64,000 bases of DNA from Lepidodermella squamata (taxonomy: Eukaryota > Animalia > Gastrotricha). The notes below the pieces were generated by a model. It made no database searches. It saw nothing but the letters and a program-made list of their open reading frames with translations, and was not told the origin of the DNA. Within the stretch, counting starts at the first letter, position 1; each line of letters opens with the position of its first letter. The stretch spans positions 4,836,001-4,900,000 of the forward strand of contig JBLDXI010000015.1 in NCBI GenBank assembly GCA_047495785.1, in the 5' to 3' direction. Positions 1 through 12,851 of this stretch are shown piece by piece. Both the position numbers and the translations under genes were made by a program.

Positions 1-482
1 GGAATGGCAGTGATAGCTGAATGTGGCTTCGTTCTCAGCCAAGTTATGTGACGTTTATCCGCGTTTCTGCAGTGAAAATACAGCGATATGGAAAGGACGA
101 CGAGGCAAAATATCAAAAAGCCGAAGCCGAAGAAGGGAATGGGTAAAATGGAAATATCGCTGTTGCTAATATCAGTAGCATCAGGCCGGGCTGTGAGTTC
201 GGCAGATGCAGCTCGCAGTTGGAGTGGAAGCCCACCCTCAGCAGGGTAGTAATGTACAACGGTTGACCGAGTAGGACTGACTGATATCGAAGTTTCAAAG
301 GCCTGAGCCATAGCCGATGAAACGGTCATAACGGCACGGGCGCGTTGCCGTGAATTGGCCGCTGCCGATTTTTGACGGGCTCGTCCAATTCCAGTTCGAT
401 TAGCTTTACTCGCCTTGTTGTTGTTCAAACCTCGGCGATAGTTGGCACTACTTATCATATCGACCTCTCCTCGGTCGCTCAT
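1..482 (-). CDS. Putative membrane protein, runs off the left edge of the window
   Basis: Manual translation from the ATG at 482 gives an open frame of about 160 codons to the window edge (MSDRGEVDMISS...ILPIPFFGFGFLIFCLVVLSISLYFHCRNAD...) with one hydrophobic segment. It is absent from the ORF track, presumably because it has no stop in the window. No homology recognised. Confidence 0.4.
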   Translation of the reverse strand, partial: MSDRGEVDMISSANYRRGLNNNKASKANRTGIGRARQKSAAANSRQRARAVMTVSSAMAQAFETSISVSPTRSTVVHYYPAEGGLPLQLRAASAELTARPDATDISNSDISILPIPFFGFGFLIFCLVVLSISLYFHCRNADKRHITWLRTKPHSAITAI

Positions 483-2156
483 GTTGAATTAATTCATGAA
501 AGCTCTCCAAATGTAAGAACAAGTGCACTATTCAAAGGTGAAAACTTCCTATTAAAATGGGGCAGGTAGAGAGAAGTATTTAGAACGCGTGGCAAGAGTC
601 GATTTCAAAAATGGAAAATCAAATCACACCCGCCAACGACATTCGTCGATAATAACTCGAGTTTTTCCGCTACGGCTGGCAATTCAAATACGCACTGGCG
701 GGCCGCAGCTATGACGCCTGGTTTTCGATTTTAAACAAAGGAAAGGAAGCGAAAATAACGAGACGTTCAATTACCTTTCTAAGCGGAACGAAGTTGGCCC
801 ATTACAATATTAGTATAAGCGAAGAAGTAATCATAGAATTTGTATCGTAGAATATATCGTAGAATGGCATTAGTTTTGTGCTTAAAATGTTGAGGTTTGG
901 CTGTGACTTTATTGATGAAGATGAAAATCGAAAGAGGGATTAATCATCACCGATGTTTATTATATGTATAACGTATGGGCGTGTGTGACAGGTGAAAAGG
1001 TGGGTATTCCGAGCATTAAATTAAGTAAAGCCTTATATGAAAGCGATCTTTGCAGTTCTAGTTACGACAGAGCGTGTGCATACTTATCAGCCATTGAAAA
1101 CATAGGTTAGAAATTGCTGTCTCATGATGTCGTTAGTGAGGCTGTACCATTATGAGAAAATAATAACGCTGCGACGGCGGAAATTTATACATGGGGAAAG
1201 TGTAAGTCGCCTACCGCGAATGAGCCGATAGGAGTCGCGTGACCAACTATCGATTTTGATCGCTTAATCATTAAAATAATAATGAGTCGAAGAAGCGACG
1301 TAAAAAAGCGATTCACGCGGCTTTCATCTTCGAGGTTATTTGGCAACAGTTGCTCGTCCTTAATCCCCTGCATTTCTCAGATAATTATCTGCGCGCAAGT
1401 GCGATTGTAATTTTATTCATCGCGACAACTACCCTTGAGAAGCCCTAAGCATGCTGGCTAATCATATTGCCGCGAATTTTTTTGGGGACGCAGCGTAATA
1501 TAAAAGACTTATTTCGTGCTTGAAATGCAAATTGATATATAATGCAATTTTGCTAATGGGTTTCGTTTCGAATTTCATGTTATGAAGTTCCGCCTGTTTT
1601 TTTACGAGCCTTCAATCGACCTGGAAAATAATGAAAAATGGCACTCCCTCATCTCCAGTAGCCCGAATTGCATCAGCATCAAATCGTGGTTCAACCCTCG
1701 CGTCGAAACTTAGGTATGGGCGGAACGGAATTTCCTGTAGTTTTTGTTTTGCCAATTTTCGAGTCACGATTTACTCCTGAAGCCCTGTAATTTGATCCAA
1801 CTGCGGATGAGCTAGTGCAGCTTAAAACAGAAGGACAACATTTTCAATTCAACTTTATTTTCGAATTGCACTGCCGAAACATGAAAATATTGAAAATGTA
1901 GACATTCGAGCTTCCTTAAAATTATTATTATTATCAATTTTTGATGCAGAGAACCACCAACGCGAATAAAGAGAAAAACGCGAAAAAACTGAACTTGAAT
2001 ACAATAATAGTTGACCGAAAACGAGATATCACGGCGCGCTTCGAACGACCGTCGTCACAAACCAAAACAAAGTAAAAGCTACAAAACACGCACAAATAAT
2101 TGTACTAGCTGCATTGCATCGGGCGGGAAATTTGTCGTGATTCCATGAAATCGGCC

Positions 2157-3327
2157 TCATATCAGAAAGAACCGGTCGATGAAGCGGGTTATCGTCCAAG
2201 CCAGCAGGATGATAGCGAAAAGGAACGCCGAGGCGCGGCGCTCGCGGTGTTGCTGCTGCGCTATCAGATCCGCTGGTGTCAAATTTTGAACCGGAGGCGG
2301 CGGCTGGGCAGGCTGAGCTGCCGGACCCTCAAGTCGCGGCTGGTTAACTGCACCGGCCACAACCGCGGCCACGGCGGCTTGGTGGGCGTAGTAGGACGCA
2401 TAGTTGAAAATCGACTGGTAAAGAAATGGCAGATACGCCGCGGCTACGTAAGGTGGTGGCGTGTTTCCTATATTTTGATTACCAAATGACGGAAAGGCGG
2501 CTTGAAATTGAGAAAAAGCCGATGTTAAGTTGGGCGGCTGGTTTTCGCTGGTTGACGCCTCGGTTTGAGCCTGAGCTGGTTCGTTTCGTACTTCCTCCTG
2601 TTTAGCAACCGGTTCGCTAGGCGCCGGTTGTTGCGCCGCACTCGACGACTCTGAAGCAGCAGAACTGGTCGAGCCGGGGGCTGGTTTGAGCAAATGGCCC
2701 GAAAGCGCGCCGCAGTCCGGGCAGGTATAAGACCGTGATTTCGCGGCTAATTTCTTCCGCTCGTCCACCGGATAGTCGAGGCTGCCAATCGCACCAGCGC
2801 CGGGGGTAGGCAAGAAAGCTATAAGTGCAACTAAGGCGGTTCGGATCGACCACGACGGCTGCCAGGTTTCCGGGTGATGGCCTGAGATGGACAGGCAGAT
2901 TTTGCGATTTGTTTCAAACCTGCCATTATGAGTCAGCAGAATGAAAGAGGGAGGGCTGAGCGGGTAGTTGGCGGGTAAAATGATACGGCCGTGATAAAGT
3001 CCACCTAAAAATAAACCATCCAGGTCAAAGTTAACCGAGATAAGTCAACAAACCTTCAAATTCGCTAGCATTAGGCCCGGCTATGGTGAAATGCCACTCG
3101 AACAAGTTATCTTCCAGCGGGCGCGCCTGATATGACAAAAACAGAAATGTTATCAAATGCTGCGACTCAAAAATAGCGCCACGTACCCAAAACTGGTCAG
3201 TAGGATTTTGTAACTCGCGAGCTTCGTGCAAAAGGCGACGAACAGCCGGATTTCGGGTGTTGTAAGACGGGCTATTCAGATTTATAGGACGTGGACCAGT
3301 CGCATTTTCTCCGCTTTGCTCAGACAT
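2157..3327 (-). CDS. UBE2J1: Ubiquitin-conjugating enzyme E2 J1 (Ubc6 family, tail-anchored ER E2), 3 exons
   Basis: Exons 3327-3187, 3126-3054 and 3004-2157 joined by GT-AG introns give YNTRNPAVRRLLHEAREL...PLEDNLFEWHFTI...GGLYHGRIILPANYPLSPP...NGRFETNRKICLSISGHHPETWQPSWSIRTAL...GAIGSLDY, plus a C-terminal transmembrane helix. Confidence 0.93.
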
Positions 3328-3485
3328 ACTCAGCTAAAAGATCTAGCCAATAAAAATTCTGCAAGTCCCAAGCAATGAAAAAAATTACACCCATTTATTG
3401 ACTGAAAAATCGGCACGTAAAATTCTTTGATCACATAAAATTTGAATCATCATCTCTGAAAGATTTCGATTAATCACCAATAAAG

Positions 3486-5144
3486 TTAATCGGCAAGCAG
3501 CTCATCATCACTGCTATCAACATCGAGCTCTTCATCAATCGCATAAATCGTATGCGGGTGATAGACAGGCCGGTTGTTGTTGCAGGTAGCTGCTCGGTAG
3601 CAACCGGACTTGCGACCTCTCGAAATCGGGTGCCCAATGACCAGCTTCGAACGCTGCGCCTTTCTAACGGCACCCAGGCGGCAAATAATGGTAACAACAA
3701 AGGCTAGCATGAGAACAGCTCCGAAGAACAACAGAGTAGCGGCGAGTAGAGGTCGTGAAGATCGATCAACTCCAACCATGTCTGAGATCATTTTTTCAAT
3801 ATCATCCTCGGGGGACTCGTACAAGAAGGACGGCCATTCCTCGGGCGGGTTTTTCAACGCCTGCCGCAGCACTTCTTGCGTTTCACGCCGCGTGCAATCG
3901 GCATCGGGGTGCGGATCTACCGACCACATGGCGCAAATCAAGCAGTACACCTGGGTGTTGTTGAATGGTTGAATGTTAACTCCGTCGGCGAATGACGGGC
4001 CAACGCCCAAGAAAGTCGGGTACATGTTAGCGTAGTGATTGTCGTAGCCATGATTGCCCCACGAAGACACCCCAACAGGCCTTCGCCGCAATTCATGCGA
4101 TCGCTTATCATTAACAACAATTTCGGTCAAAGGTTGCTTGCCCTCAGGGGTACTCCACGATAAATAATAGCCGTCGTCCAAGAAGTAAACCAGGTCGAAA
4201 ATTCGGCGGTTATGGCTGAAATGTTCCGAAGCCGGGGCAGCCTCCCATTTGTGGTAAACTCGCATGTTGTTAGCCAGGCTCAAATTTTGAAAAACTGCGT
4301 TTTCGTAACCCTGCTTGACATCGATCGTTGCATCGTAAACTGTGATAACCGAGGTATCGACGAACATTGGTAGATAAATAACTTTATTCGAATCGACTTC
4401 GCTCATTCCGTGATCAGCTGTAATGATAATGCTAGTATCATCTGAAAGACCTGCCTTCTTCAGCGAGGTTAACAAATAGCCAATGACCTGATCGATCCGT
4501 TTAATGGCGGTGACGATCTGAGGCGAATTCGGCCCGTAAGAATGGCCTACATTGTCCAGCTCTTCGAAGTACAAAATTCCGAGAGAATAGTCGTCTTGAA
4601 CTAATTTCGGAATCAGCATATCAATACGGTCTTCATACGCGACCGAACCATTCCACGGAACGTAGTAATCAGCTGCCTGGCCTTTGTAGTAGAAACTGGC
4701 GAAAGGCCACATTATGACTGCAGATTTTCCGACATTTTGCCGGGACAGAGTTACCCAAATCGGTTCCGCCGAATCATTCATCCAGCGGGTGTCCTTCACA
4801 AAATTACCATCGTCGTAATTTTGCTCGGTTCCGTTGATTTCCGCCCACGCTGAGAAGCTTTCCTTCAACACCGGGTCATACATGTCGTTGCCGATCATGC
4901 CGTGATCGTCGTTGAACCGGCCCGTTGCCAAGGTTACGTGGTTTGGTATCGTGATGGTCGTGTACTGGTTTCGGATTCCTTTGTAAGCGAACGTGCCTTT
5001 AGCCTTTAGAGCTTGCAAATTCGGGGTCGGGTGAAGCATCATGTAGTCCCAACGAAACGCGTCGCATGAGATTAGAATAGTTTTCATACGACCTTGCGCA
5101 GCGCAAACCGTCGAAAGAAAGGCAACGACGAGTAAAAGCTTCAT
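3486..5144 (-). CDS. Ectonucleotide pyrophosphatase/phosphodiesterase (ENPP4/5/6-like), type I membrane protein, intronless
   Basis: Signal peptide MKLLLVVAFLSTVCAA (ATG 5144), SCDAFRWDY, catalytic TITIPNH, ELDNVGH, ITADHGM, GNHGYDN, then a TM helix and an acidic tail. Confidence 0.92.
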   Translation of the reverse strand: MKLLLVVAFLSTVCAAQGRMKTILISCDAFRWDYMMLHPTPNLQALKAKGTFAYKGIRNQYTTITIPNHVTLATGRFNDDHGMIGNDMYDPVLKESFSAWAEINGTEQNYDDGNFVKDTRWMNDSAEPIWVTLSRQNVGKSAVIMWPFASFYYKGQAADYYVPWNGSVAYEDRIDMLIPKLVQDDYSLGILYFEELDNVGHSYGPNSPQIVTAIKRIDQVIGYLLTSLKKAGLSDDTSIIITADHGMSEVDSNKVIYLPMFVDTSVITVYDATIDVKQGYENAVFQNLSLANNMRVYHKWEAAPASEHFSHNRRIFDLVYFLDDGYYLSWSTPEGKQPLTEIVVNDKRSHELRRRPVGVSSWGNHGYDNHYANMYPTFLGVGPSFADGVNIQPFNNTQVYCLICAMWSVDPHPDADCTRRETQEVLRQALKNPPEEWPSFLYESPEDDIEKMISDMVGVDRSSRPLLAATLLFFGAVLMLAFVVTIICRLGAVRKAQRSKLVIGHPISRGRKSGCYRAATCNNNRPVYHPHTIYAIDEELDVDSSDDELLAD

Positions 5145-5704
5145 TTTTACCAACTAGATTTAACAATAGGCTGAATTTAATTGCTGCAAAATTTCACAGG
5201 CAAGCAAGCGATTCAGGGCGGGAAAATGTAGGCCGAAAATTCCACTCGAGAAAAAACGTCCAATGAATCGGCAGATAAGGCGCGCAGGGCAAGCAGTCCG
5301 ATAAGCTCAGGGCGTGTAAACATCTCCATTTCGATGAATTTATCAGCCAGCTTGAAAAATAACAAGATAACACGGGAAATTCTAGAAAACAAAAAGAAGA
5401 CACAATTACACAACGAACTTTATTGTTTAAAATAGGACAGTTGATGCACGAAGGACGCGGATGTAACCGGTAAAACATTAAATTCCACATGTAGCAAACG
5501 AGTTATTTTTACCCAAATAGGTTCAGATTGCATCACAAAAAAAGAAAAGAAACAGATTCATTAAATTTCCATCAGCATCGTGTGAAACTTCCGCAAATTG
5601 TAGCAGTTTACAACATATAAGCGCATACAACCAAGGAATTCGCCGAATAAAATGAGTGAATGTGTCCATAAAATTAAGATCACAGAAATAGAATTGGTAC
5701 CAAA

Positions 5705-7327
5705 TTAGTTGACACACGAATCATCGTCGTCGAAATTGCCGCTTTCTTCGTTGACCTTAGCAAGAAGAGGGTCTGGCTTGTGGCATCCCATACGGTACCT
5801 TGGTTTCGGGCGATTGCCGTTAACCATCTGACGTCTAGCCTTGCGAAACATAGCGATTCCACACATGGCGACAATGATGCTCAAACACATGAACAAAGCG
5901 CCCAAGGAAATAAGGAACACGGCCAGGAGAACGCTGTGCTCACGATTAGGATAGCCAAAGTATTCAAGAATGTACTCGCACGAAGATTTGCGCGGCCAGT
6001 CAGTCGGCGGGTCTGTCAAAACTTGGTGCATAACATGGGGTGTTTCATCGTTACCACACTCAGCAAGGGGATGCGGTTGCACACGGTTAATGGCGCAAAT
6101 CAAACAGTAGATTTGCGTGTTATTGAACGGCCTGACCTCAACACCCTTGTGAATCGAAGGCCCAGCGGCGATGAAAACCGGCCACATGGTTTCGTAGCGA
6201 TTGTCATAACCATGACTGCCCCAAACAGAGCTTTTCAATGGCTCTTGTTCTGAACGACGATCATTTATCTCAACTTTGGCATCGCCGACAACCGGCTTTT
6301 TGTCTTTGGGGTAGCTCCACGACAAATAATAGCCTTGGTCGAGGAAGTAAACGATGTCGAAGATACGGCGATTGTGGCTAAAATGCTCCATTGCGGGTAG
6401 GGCTTCGTACTTTCTGAAAATTCGCAGGTTCGGGGCTCGGCTCAAATTGGCGTAAACTTCGTCGACAAATCCCGGCTTCACCCATATATGCTGGTCGTAA
6501 ACCGTGATTTTAGACGTATCAACGTAAAGCGGCAAATAGACGGCGTTCTCCGACTTGATTTCAAGCATTCCGTGATCAGCTGTTATGATAATGTCGATGT
6601 TCTCGGGCCACATGCCGGCGGATGACAGGGTTGACAAGAGGTAGCCAATGACGTCATCGATTCTATAAATTGCTTGAACAATTTGCGGCGAGTTTGGGCC
6701 GTAAGCATGACCTACATTGTCCAGCTCTTCAAAGTACAACACGCCAAGAGTGTAATCGGGTTGGCGCAATTGCGAAACCAGCAAGTCGACTCTTCGCTCG
6801 TAAGTAACCGAGCCATTCCAGGGGATCACGAAATCAGCAGAGGCGTCATTGTACTTGTACGTAGAGAAGGGCCACATCACAACAGCGGATTTGCCAGCAT
6901 TTTGACGTGCAAGCGTGACCCAGATCGGTTCAGCCGTATTGTTCATCCAGCGTGTGTCTTTGTCGTAATTGCCATCGTCGTAATTTACCTCGGATCCATT
7001 GATGTTTGCCCAAGCGGTAAATGATTCGTTCAACACAGAATCCCACATATCATTGCCAACGATACCGTGGTCATCGACATTACGACCAGTAGCTAAGGAG
7101 ACGTGATTTGGGAGAGTTATCGTCGTGTATTGATTGCGAATCCCCCATTTAGCATAAGCACCTTTAGAAATCAAATAGCCGATGTTTGGAGTTGGCTTGC
7201 CCAGTACTTGCATGTAATCCCAGCGAAAAGCATCACATGATATTAGCAGTGTCTTTTTCGATCCAGCCAGCACCATGGAGAAAAGAACGCAGCATAATAT
7301 ACAGACTCTGATCACCGGAGAAACCAT
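5705..7327 (-). CDS. Second ENPP4/5/6-like ectonucleotidase, tandem paralogue, intronless
   Basis: Signal peptide from ATG 7327 (MVSPVIRVCILCCVLFSMVLA), SCDAFRWDY, TITLPNH, ELDNVGH, ITADHGM, GSHGYDN and a TM helix. Colinear with the neighbouring copy. Confidence 0.92.
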   Translation of the reverse strand: MVSPVIRVCILCCVLFSMVLAGSKKTLLISCDAFRWDYMQVLGKPTPNIGYLISKGAYAKWGIRNQYTTITLPNHVSLATGRNVDDHGIVGNDMWDSVLNESFTAWANINGSEVNYDDGNYDKDTRWMNNTAEPIWVTLARQNAGKSAVVMWPFSTYKYNDASADFVIPWNGSVTYERRVDLLVSQLRQPDYTLGVLYFEELDNVGHAYGPNSPQIVQAIYRIDDVIGYLLSTLSSAGMWPENIDIIITADHGMLEIKSENAVYLPLYVDTSKITVYDQHIWVKPGFVDEVYANLSRAPNLRIFRKYEALPAMEHFSHNRRIFDIVYFLDQGYYLSWSYPKDKKPVVGDAKVEINDRRSEQEPLKSSVWGSHGYDNRYETMWPVFIAAGPSIHKGVEVRPFNNTQIYCLICAINRVQPHPLAECGNDETPHVMHQVLTDPPTDWPRKSSCEYILEYFGYPNREHSVLLAVFLISLGALFMCLSIIVAMCGIAMFRKARRQMVNGNRPKPRYRMGCHKPDPLLAKVNEESGNFDDDDSCVN

Positions 7328-8542
7328 CTCACAACTTATTAAGAAACTAAAGAAAAGTTTGAGAACCGATAAATACAAGTCTGTCAATAGATTCACGACT
7401 TGAGGTAGCAGTAATGCCTAATTCCCAATACAAATGCGGTATGCGGTAAATACCAAAAAATTATGGGAGTATTCCACCTCTATACTCTTTATATTCTACT
7501 CTTAAGAAAAACTGTAAAAAGCAGTAGATACCATGTATCTTCGATCTTCGCAATTCGCAATCCAAATCGGGATGAAGTTGAGGACAATAACCATAGGATG
7601 GAATAAATGGCGGGATTTGAAGACAATTTTGCTATCCTGCTATCGTGCTAACAAAAACTTCTGCTGAAAACTGAAAGTTCTGACGATAAATCCAGGATCT
7701 AAAACTCTCAACCTTTGACCTGGTTGATCGTAGAAATATATGTCAGCTTTTTTACAAAAATTACAATTTCAAATTATTTATTAAAATGCAAGAAATGGTT
7801 GAAATAAAAATTTAATATTAATTTTTGTCGTACGTCCTTGCTGCGTCATTTCGGTGAAAAAGTCCGCGATGCGCGAGGTGCGATCTCTTAACCTCGGCCT
7901 GTGATCCGTGATTTGCATGTTATTAGTAAAAATGTTATTCTTGTTACACCACTGAAGATGATCATATTCTTTTGAGAGGAACACTGCGCGAGTAATTCCG
8001 GCCTGCTGGCTCTGGCAAACTAGTCGCAGGTCGTTAGGGAAAATTCTTTTTGCATTAAATTTCGCCTGAATCTTAGGCGTACATGGCCTTTCATGGAAAC
8101 GAAGATTACCTAAATTGTAAGTGGCAACCTTAACATCGCTGACTCGTAGAATATGCCTGACGTTTTGCTGCGGTTGAAAGAAGCGAGCTTTGAAGAAGAT
8201 TAGGATTATGAATTAGGATTATGAATCAGCGCGGTTTATAGCCGAAACGCCGATTACTTTATTGTTATATTTTTCCGCTACAGTTACTGTTCTCCTGATT
8301 CGAGAGCTACTTCTTAGAAGTTCGAAAGCATTCGATATTTGATAGCTGTGAACCATCAAGGTGTTCCATTTCCCTTGTTTTTCGGTCTTAAGTTGATCCC
8401 AATCCCAAAAAGCCGAAACGCTACGCTGACTGCTGTCATCTTGCTTCAAGCATAAGCAAGACCAAAATAACTTCAAAGACTAAGGGCAGAATGAGTGTGA
8501 TATCTGCGCAGAACATATCGACACCTATTTATTCGTCATTGG

Positions 8543-8726
8543 AACAAGGACCGACGAAAAACGGGTTAAGAACATAAGGAATGCTTACCGAGATAATAGC
8601 TCAAACTAATGCGCGAAACTCCGGCATGAAATTGAATAGTCTCGTGATTGCTATGATGACAAACCTGATGAAATTATTAGGAATTAGGAATTGTGTCTTC
8701 AGCATAACTTCTGCATCGTCCTGTAT
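8543..8726. mobile_element. Degenerate relative of the MITE at 59286-59506
   Basis: Shares GCGAAA(c/t)T(c/t)CGGCATGAAATTGAA and the terminus ATAACTTCTGC...CCTGTATGC with that MITE; the left end ACAAGGACCG resembles ACAGGGACCG. Confidence 0.45.
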
Positions 8727-9214
8727 GCTGTAACTTTCTTGTTTCTGCAGATTTTGACGCATCACCTCTTTCACAGCATGACATGTCCCAACAACAATAT
8801 TTTGTGTTGTAATACCAATGAGAGGGTCAGGGAAATGTTTTAATAGGGAGACCGCGCGTAATGAAAATCAATGATACGTTTTTCCTACTCGCGCTGATAA
8901 GGCGCGCTTTTACACCTGCGTGAGCTTTCGCATTCAAGTACCTTTGCTGCTATAGCAATATTACATTATTACAACTACTCTAGAACTAAAAACCGCGACA
9001 CGGCGCTCACGTTATTTTTTTGCTTCATAAATGCGACATGAATTCGCGGTCTAGTTTTGCTGGACATTTTTACGTTAATAAATAAAAAATGTCCTGTCCT
9101 CTTATTCAGGGTCGACAGCTGATCCCGGCGCGTCGCCTATAAAAGAAGCTTCCATTCAGCTTGAACATCATTTCATCACAACTTTAACATTCTAAGATTA
9201 TTGTTTACAATTAA

Positions 9215-12000
9215 ATGTCAGTTGTAACGGTTCAGCCTAAGGAGGCAGTTACCCTCTCTTGGGAAAACATCAATGTTACTCTCCCAGCGAAAAAATCATT
9301 CTTCAGCCGCAAAGTGACCGCTGATGCGTTGCCAATCCTGCGCAATGGTAGAAATATTAAATTATCACCAGTGAATTATTCGTTCATTTGACCCTTTTTT
9401 TAGTTTCGGGCACCGTCACACCTGGCACCCTGCTTGCTATCATGGGCGCCTCAGGTGGTGGCAAGACAACTCTGCTGAACGTTCTCACAAGCCGTGTGGC
9501 TTCTGACCTGAGAATCGAAGGCTCAATCAAAGTTAACGGACGGGAAATTGGGTCAAATATTACAAAAATGTCGGCATACGTACAGCAGGACGATTTGTTT
9601 GTTGGAATTTTAACAGTCAGGTAGGACAGGCCAATTTATCATCGCTCCAGCTCTATAATCAATCGCAATAGGGAACACTTGTGGTTTCAGGCAATGCTAC
9701 GGATGGATGAAAAAATTTCCAACGAAGATCGCAATAAGCGCATCGACGAAGTGATTCTCGACCTTGGTCTTACGAAATGTAAGGACAGCGTGATCGGCAT
9801 ACCCGATAAGGTCAAATCGATAAGTGGAGGCGAGCGAAAACGTCTGTCATTTGCTTCGGAAATTCTCACTGATCCGGCTCTCATGTTTTGCGACGAACCT
9901 ACTTCGGGTTCGTAAATTTTATTGCTTCCAAGTTTTTTTAATTTTAATTTTATATACTTGAAGGTCTGGACTCTTTCATGGCTGAGAACGTTGTACAAAC
10001 ACTGCGAAATATGGCTAGCAAAGGGAAGACCATTCTTTGCACAATTCATCAGCCGTCTTCGCAAATTTTCAATCTTTTTGACAAGTATGTTCCTAACACG
10101 TGGTCGATGAAGTAGATTTAACATGTTTCGTTTAGTTTGCTGCTTCTTTCGCGAGGTCAAGTTGCTTACATGGGTCCGACGGCAAAAGCTGCTGAATTTT
10201 TCTCAAAACAAGGGCTGAATTGTCCGGCTAATTACAATCCAGTTGGTTTTATACCTCACACACTTGTTTGATTAATATTTTATTGATTTCAGGCTGACTT
10301 CTACATAAATAGCTTAGCCATTGTACCGGGCCAGGAGAAAGACAGCACAGACAAAATTGAGGTTAATAATTATGATCCTGCAGAATAAGATGTTTTATAA
10401 ATTTGTGCACGTTTTCTAGAAAATATGCCGCGCCTTCGAAGATTCAGAAGCTGGAAAAGCGGTGATGAAGGGTTCGCACTTGGAAGGAGCTAATCAAACG
10501 AAGCACGAAATTCACGTTGATTATTCGAAAACCTCGGACTTTCGAACTGGGTTTTTCAATCAATTCCGCTGCGTTGCTTGGCGATCGTTTGTCGTTGCTT
10601 TTCGGGACCGAAATTTATTCTTCGCACGCTTTGGTCAAACTTTGGTTATTGCTCTATTCGCCGGTAAGATTTAAAAATTCTGTTAAAAAATTAAGCCAAG
10701 AACTCATGTTTTAGGCCTACTTTACCTGCGCCAATCCAACGACCAGAAATCGATTCAAAATATTAACGGTGCAATTTTCCTAATAATTGCTAATTCCACG
10801 TTTGGAAATGCTTTTTCTGTCGTCTCGGTTTGTTGGCAAAATTTCTATTATAATTTACTGTAAATAATGTGACATTTACCGCGAACAGTCATTCCCTCTG
10901 GAGATGCCTGTTTTCAAGCGCGAACACCAAAACGGAATGTATTCAACAGCCGTATATTTTATGACAAAAACCATGGCCGATGTGCCCGTCTTCACCTTCT
11001 TGCCGATACTATTTTCTGTCGTGAGTTGAAATTTGTTTCCATAAGGCGAATTCTAGCTTTCTGACAATCAATTCGTAGATCATGTATTGGATGGTTGGAC
11101 TGAGAGATGACGTTAGCGCGTTTTTCATATTTGTCGGCACAATGGTCTACATCACCCACGTTGTCGTTTCATTCGGGTATTTCATTTCCTGCGCAGCCGG
11201 TGACGTGACAATAGCCACTGCTTTGGGCGGGCCTCTTGTCGTCCCATTTATGCTTTTCGGTGGTTTTCTGCTTAACGATGCGTCGGTTCCAGTTTACTTC
11301 ATATGGCTACAATACATGTCGTGGTTCAAGTATGGTAATGAAATTTTGGTCGTAAACCAGTGGCGAAATTTCGGAGCTATCGGCTGCGAGTACGATACTA
11401 CAGCGACGACGATGAGCCCCGAAAAAGCGCAGCAAATGATGATGCAGGGTGGCAACCCGTTTTTAAGGTCGAACGCTACCGTTACGCCACCAATGTCCAT
11501 GGCGGCATCAAGGTGTTTCAAAACCGGCGAAGAAGTCCTGACCAGTCTTAACTACTCAGTGGTAAATAATCTCCCTTAAATTTGAGATTTGATTCTAAGT
11601 TTTCAAATGTCAACAAAACAATTTTTCATTAGAATGGCGTAAGTTGGGAAGTTCGAAGTTGTTCATATAAAGCTATAGGCTAAGATGAGCAAGTGATTTG
11701 CTCTCAAATATGTTGTGCCTATAATTATTATAGGGGCTAAGGTTTGACTAAGAATGTTACCATGTAACAGTCGTATCAAATGTATAAAATCATTGCAACC
11801 TTAACGCCGTTTTTGTCATTAAACAGGACAACTTCCCAAGAGATTTCGGCGCCATGGCAGGACTTTTGGTCGGATTTCGATTAATCGCTTTCATAATTTT
11901 GGCTATTCGTGTTAACAAGCTACCTAGTCCCAGTGCCATGCTGAAATGCGGCGGCGGCAACAACAAAGTCGACAGCAATCCTAAGAGTGAACCGGTGTAA
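9215..12000 (+). CDS. white: ABCG half-transporter of the white (eye-pigment precursor transporter) family, multi-exon
   Basis: LSWENINV, Walker [34 protein letters not shown], signature [34 protein letters not shown], and TMD motifs [10 protein letters not shown] and [10 protein letters not shown]. Short GT-AG introns; last exon ends in TAA at 12000. Confidence 0.88.
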
Positions 12001-12851
12001 AAAGCAACGCATAATACTCGATATTTAGCGATTTTAATGCTATTTTGTCAAATAGTAAAGACTGCTGCTGTAAAATTCATTCATTTGCTCGAGAATAATA
12101 ATTTTTATTTCGATCTGGCCAATGATTATTGTCTCATTTGATCTTCTGAAACTTATTTACAAGTAATAAAACCCGTTGATGTAATAATTTTGCGTGAGTC
12201 ATGTAAATGCGCCAACCTGGGCTGGAGGCGATGGCGTTGAAAGTCTCCGCCGCCGCCGTATTTTTTTCGCGCTTCACTTGACCCATCGCCTTGCATGTAT
12301 AAAAAACAGCGATTACACTACGCGCTGTTGCTAAAATGTCTCAGCTTATTTTTCATTAAGGTGTCTATATATTTGTAATAATATGCGGCACCTCATACAA
12401 CACCGCTGCGTTTAATGACGCGTTTTATCTGCTTGCGCGTCGGTTTTTTATGCTCGAGGCGACACCGGCTACGACAAAAAGCGCGCGGGTGGCTGTCAAA
12501 AGCTGCACCCGAGATGCCGAGAGATAGTAATGCCACGGCTACTTTTTTGCGACGCATCGGCTGCTACGCATATCGTCATCGTCGCCATCATCATCTTCAT
12601 TTTTCGGCGCTCCAAGTCTGCCCCTGCTGTTGTTAACACGTGCGGTGCCGCATTTATAAATAATAAAAATGCCAATGTTTACCGAATAAAACGAAAAGAC
12701 ACCCGGGCGTAAATAAACCTAAACCTCCTTATATACAGTCGCGGCTTTATTGTCGTAGAATGAACTAATTCTTCACGTGATAGCCTGCGTTACATCTTTT
12801 GTGAAATGAGTTTGTTTTTAGGGTGAATGAACTTATTGCTTAGGTTCCCAC

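Noticed and set aside
12415-12712. Small ORFs between white and the IgGFc-binding gene
   Set aside because: Two overlapping frames of similar length with no recognisable motif; not supportable without expression data.
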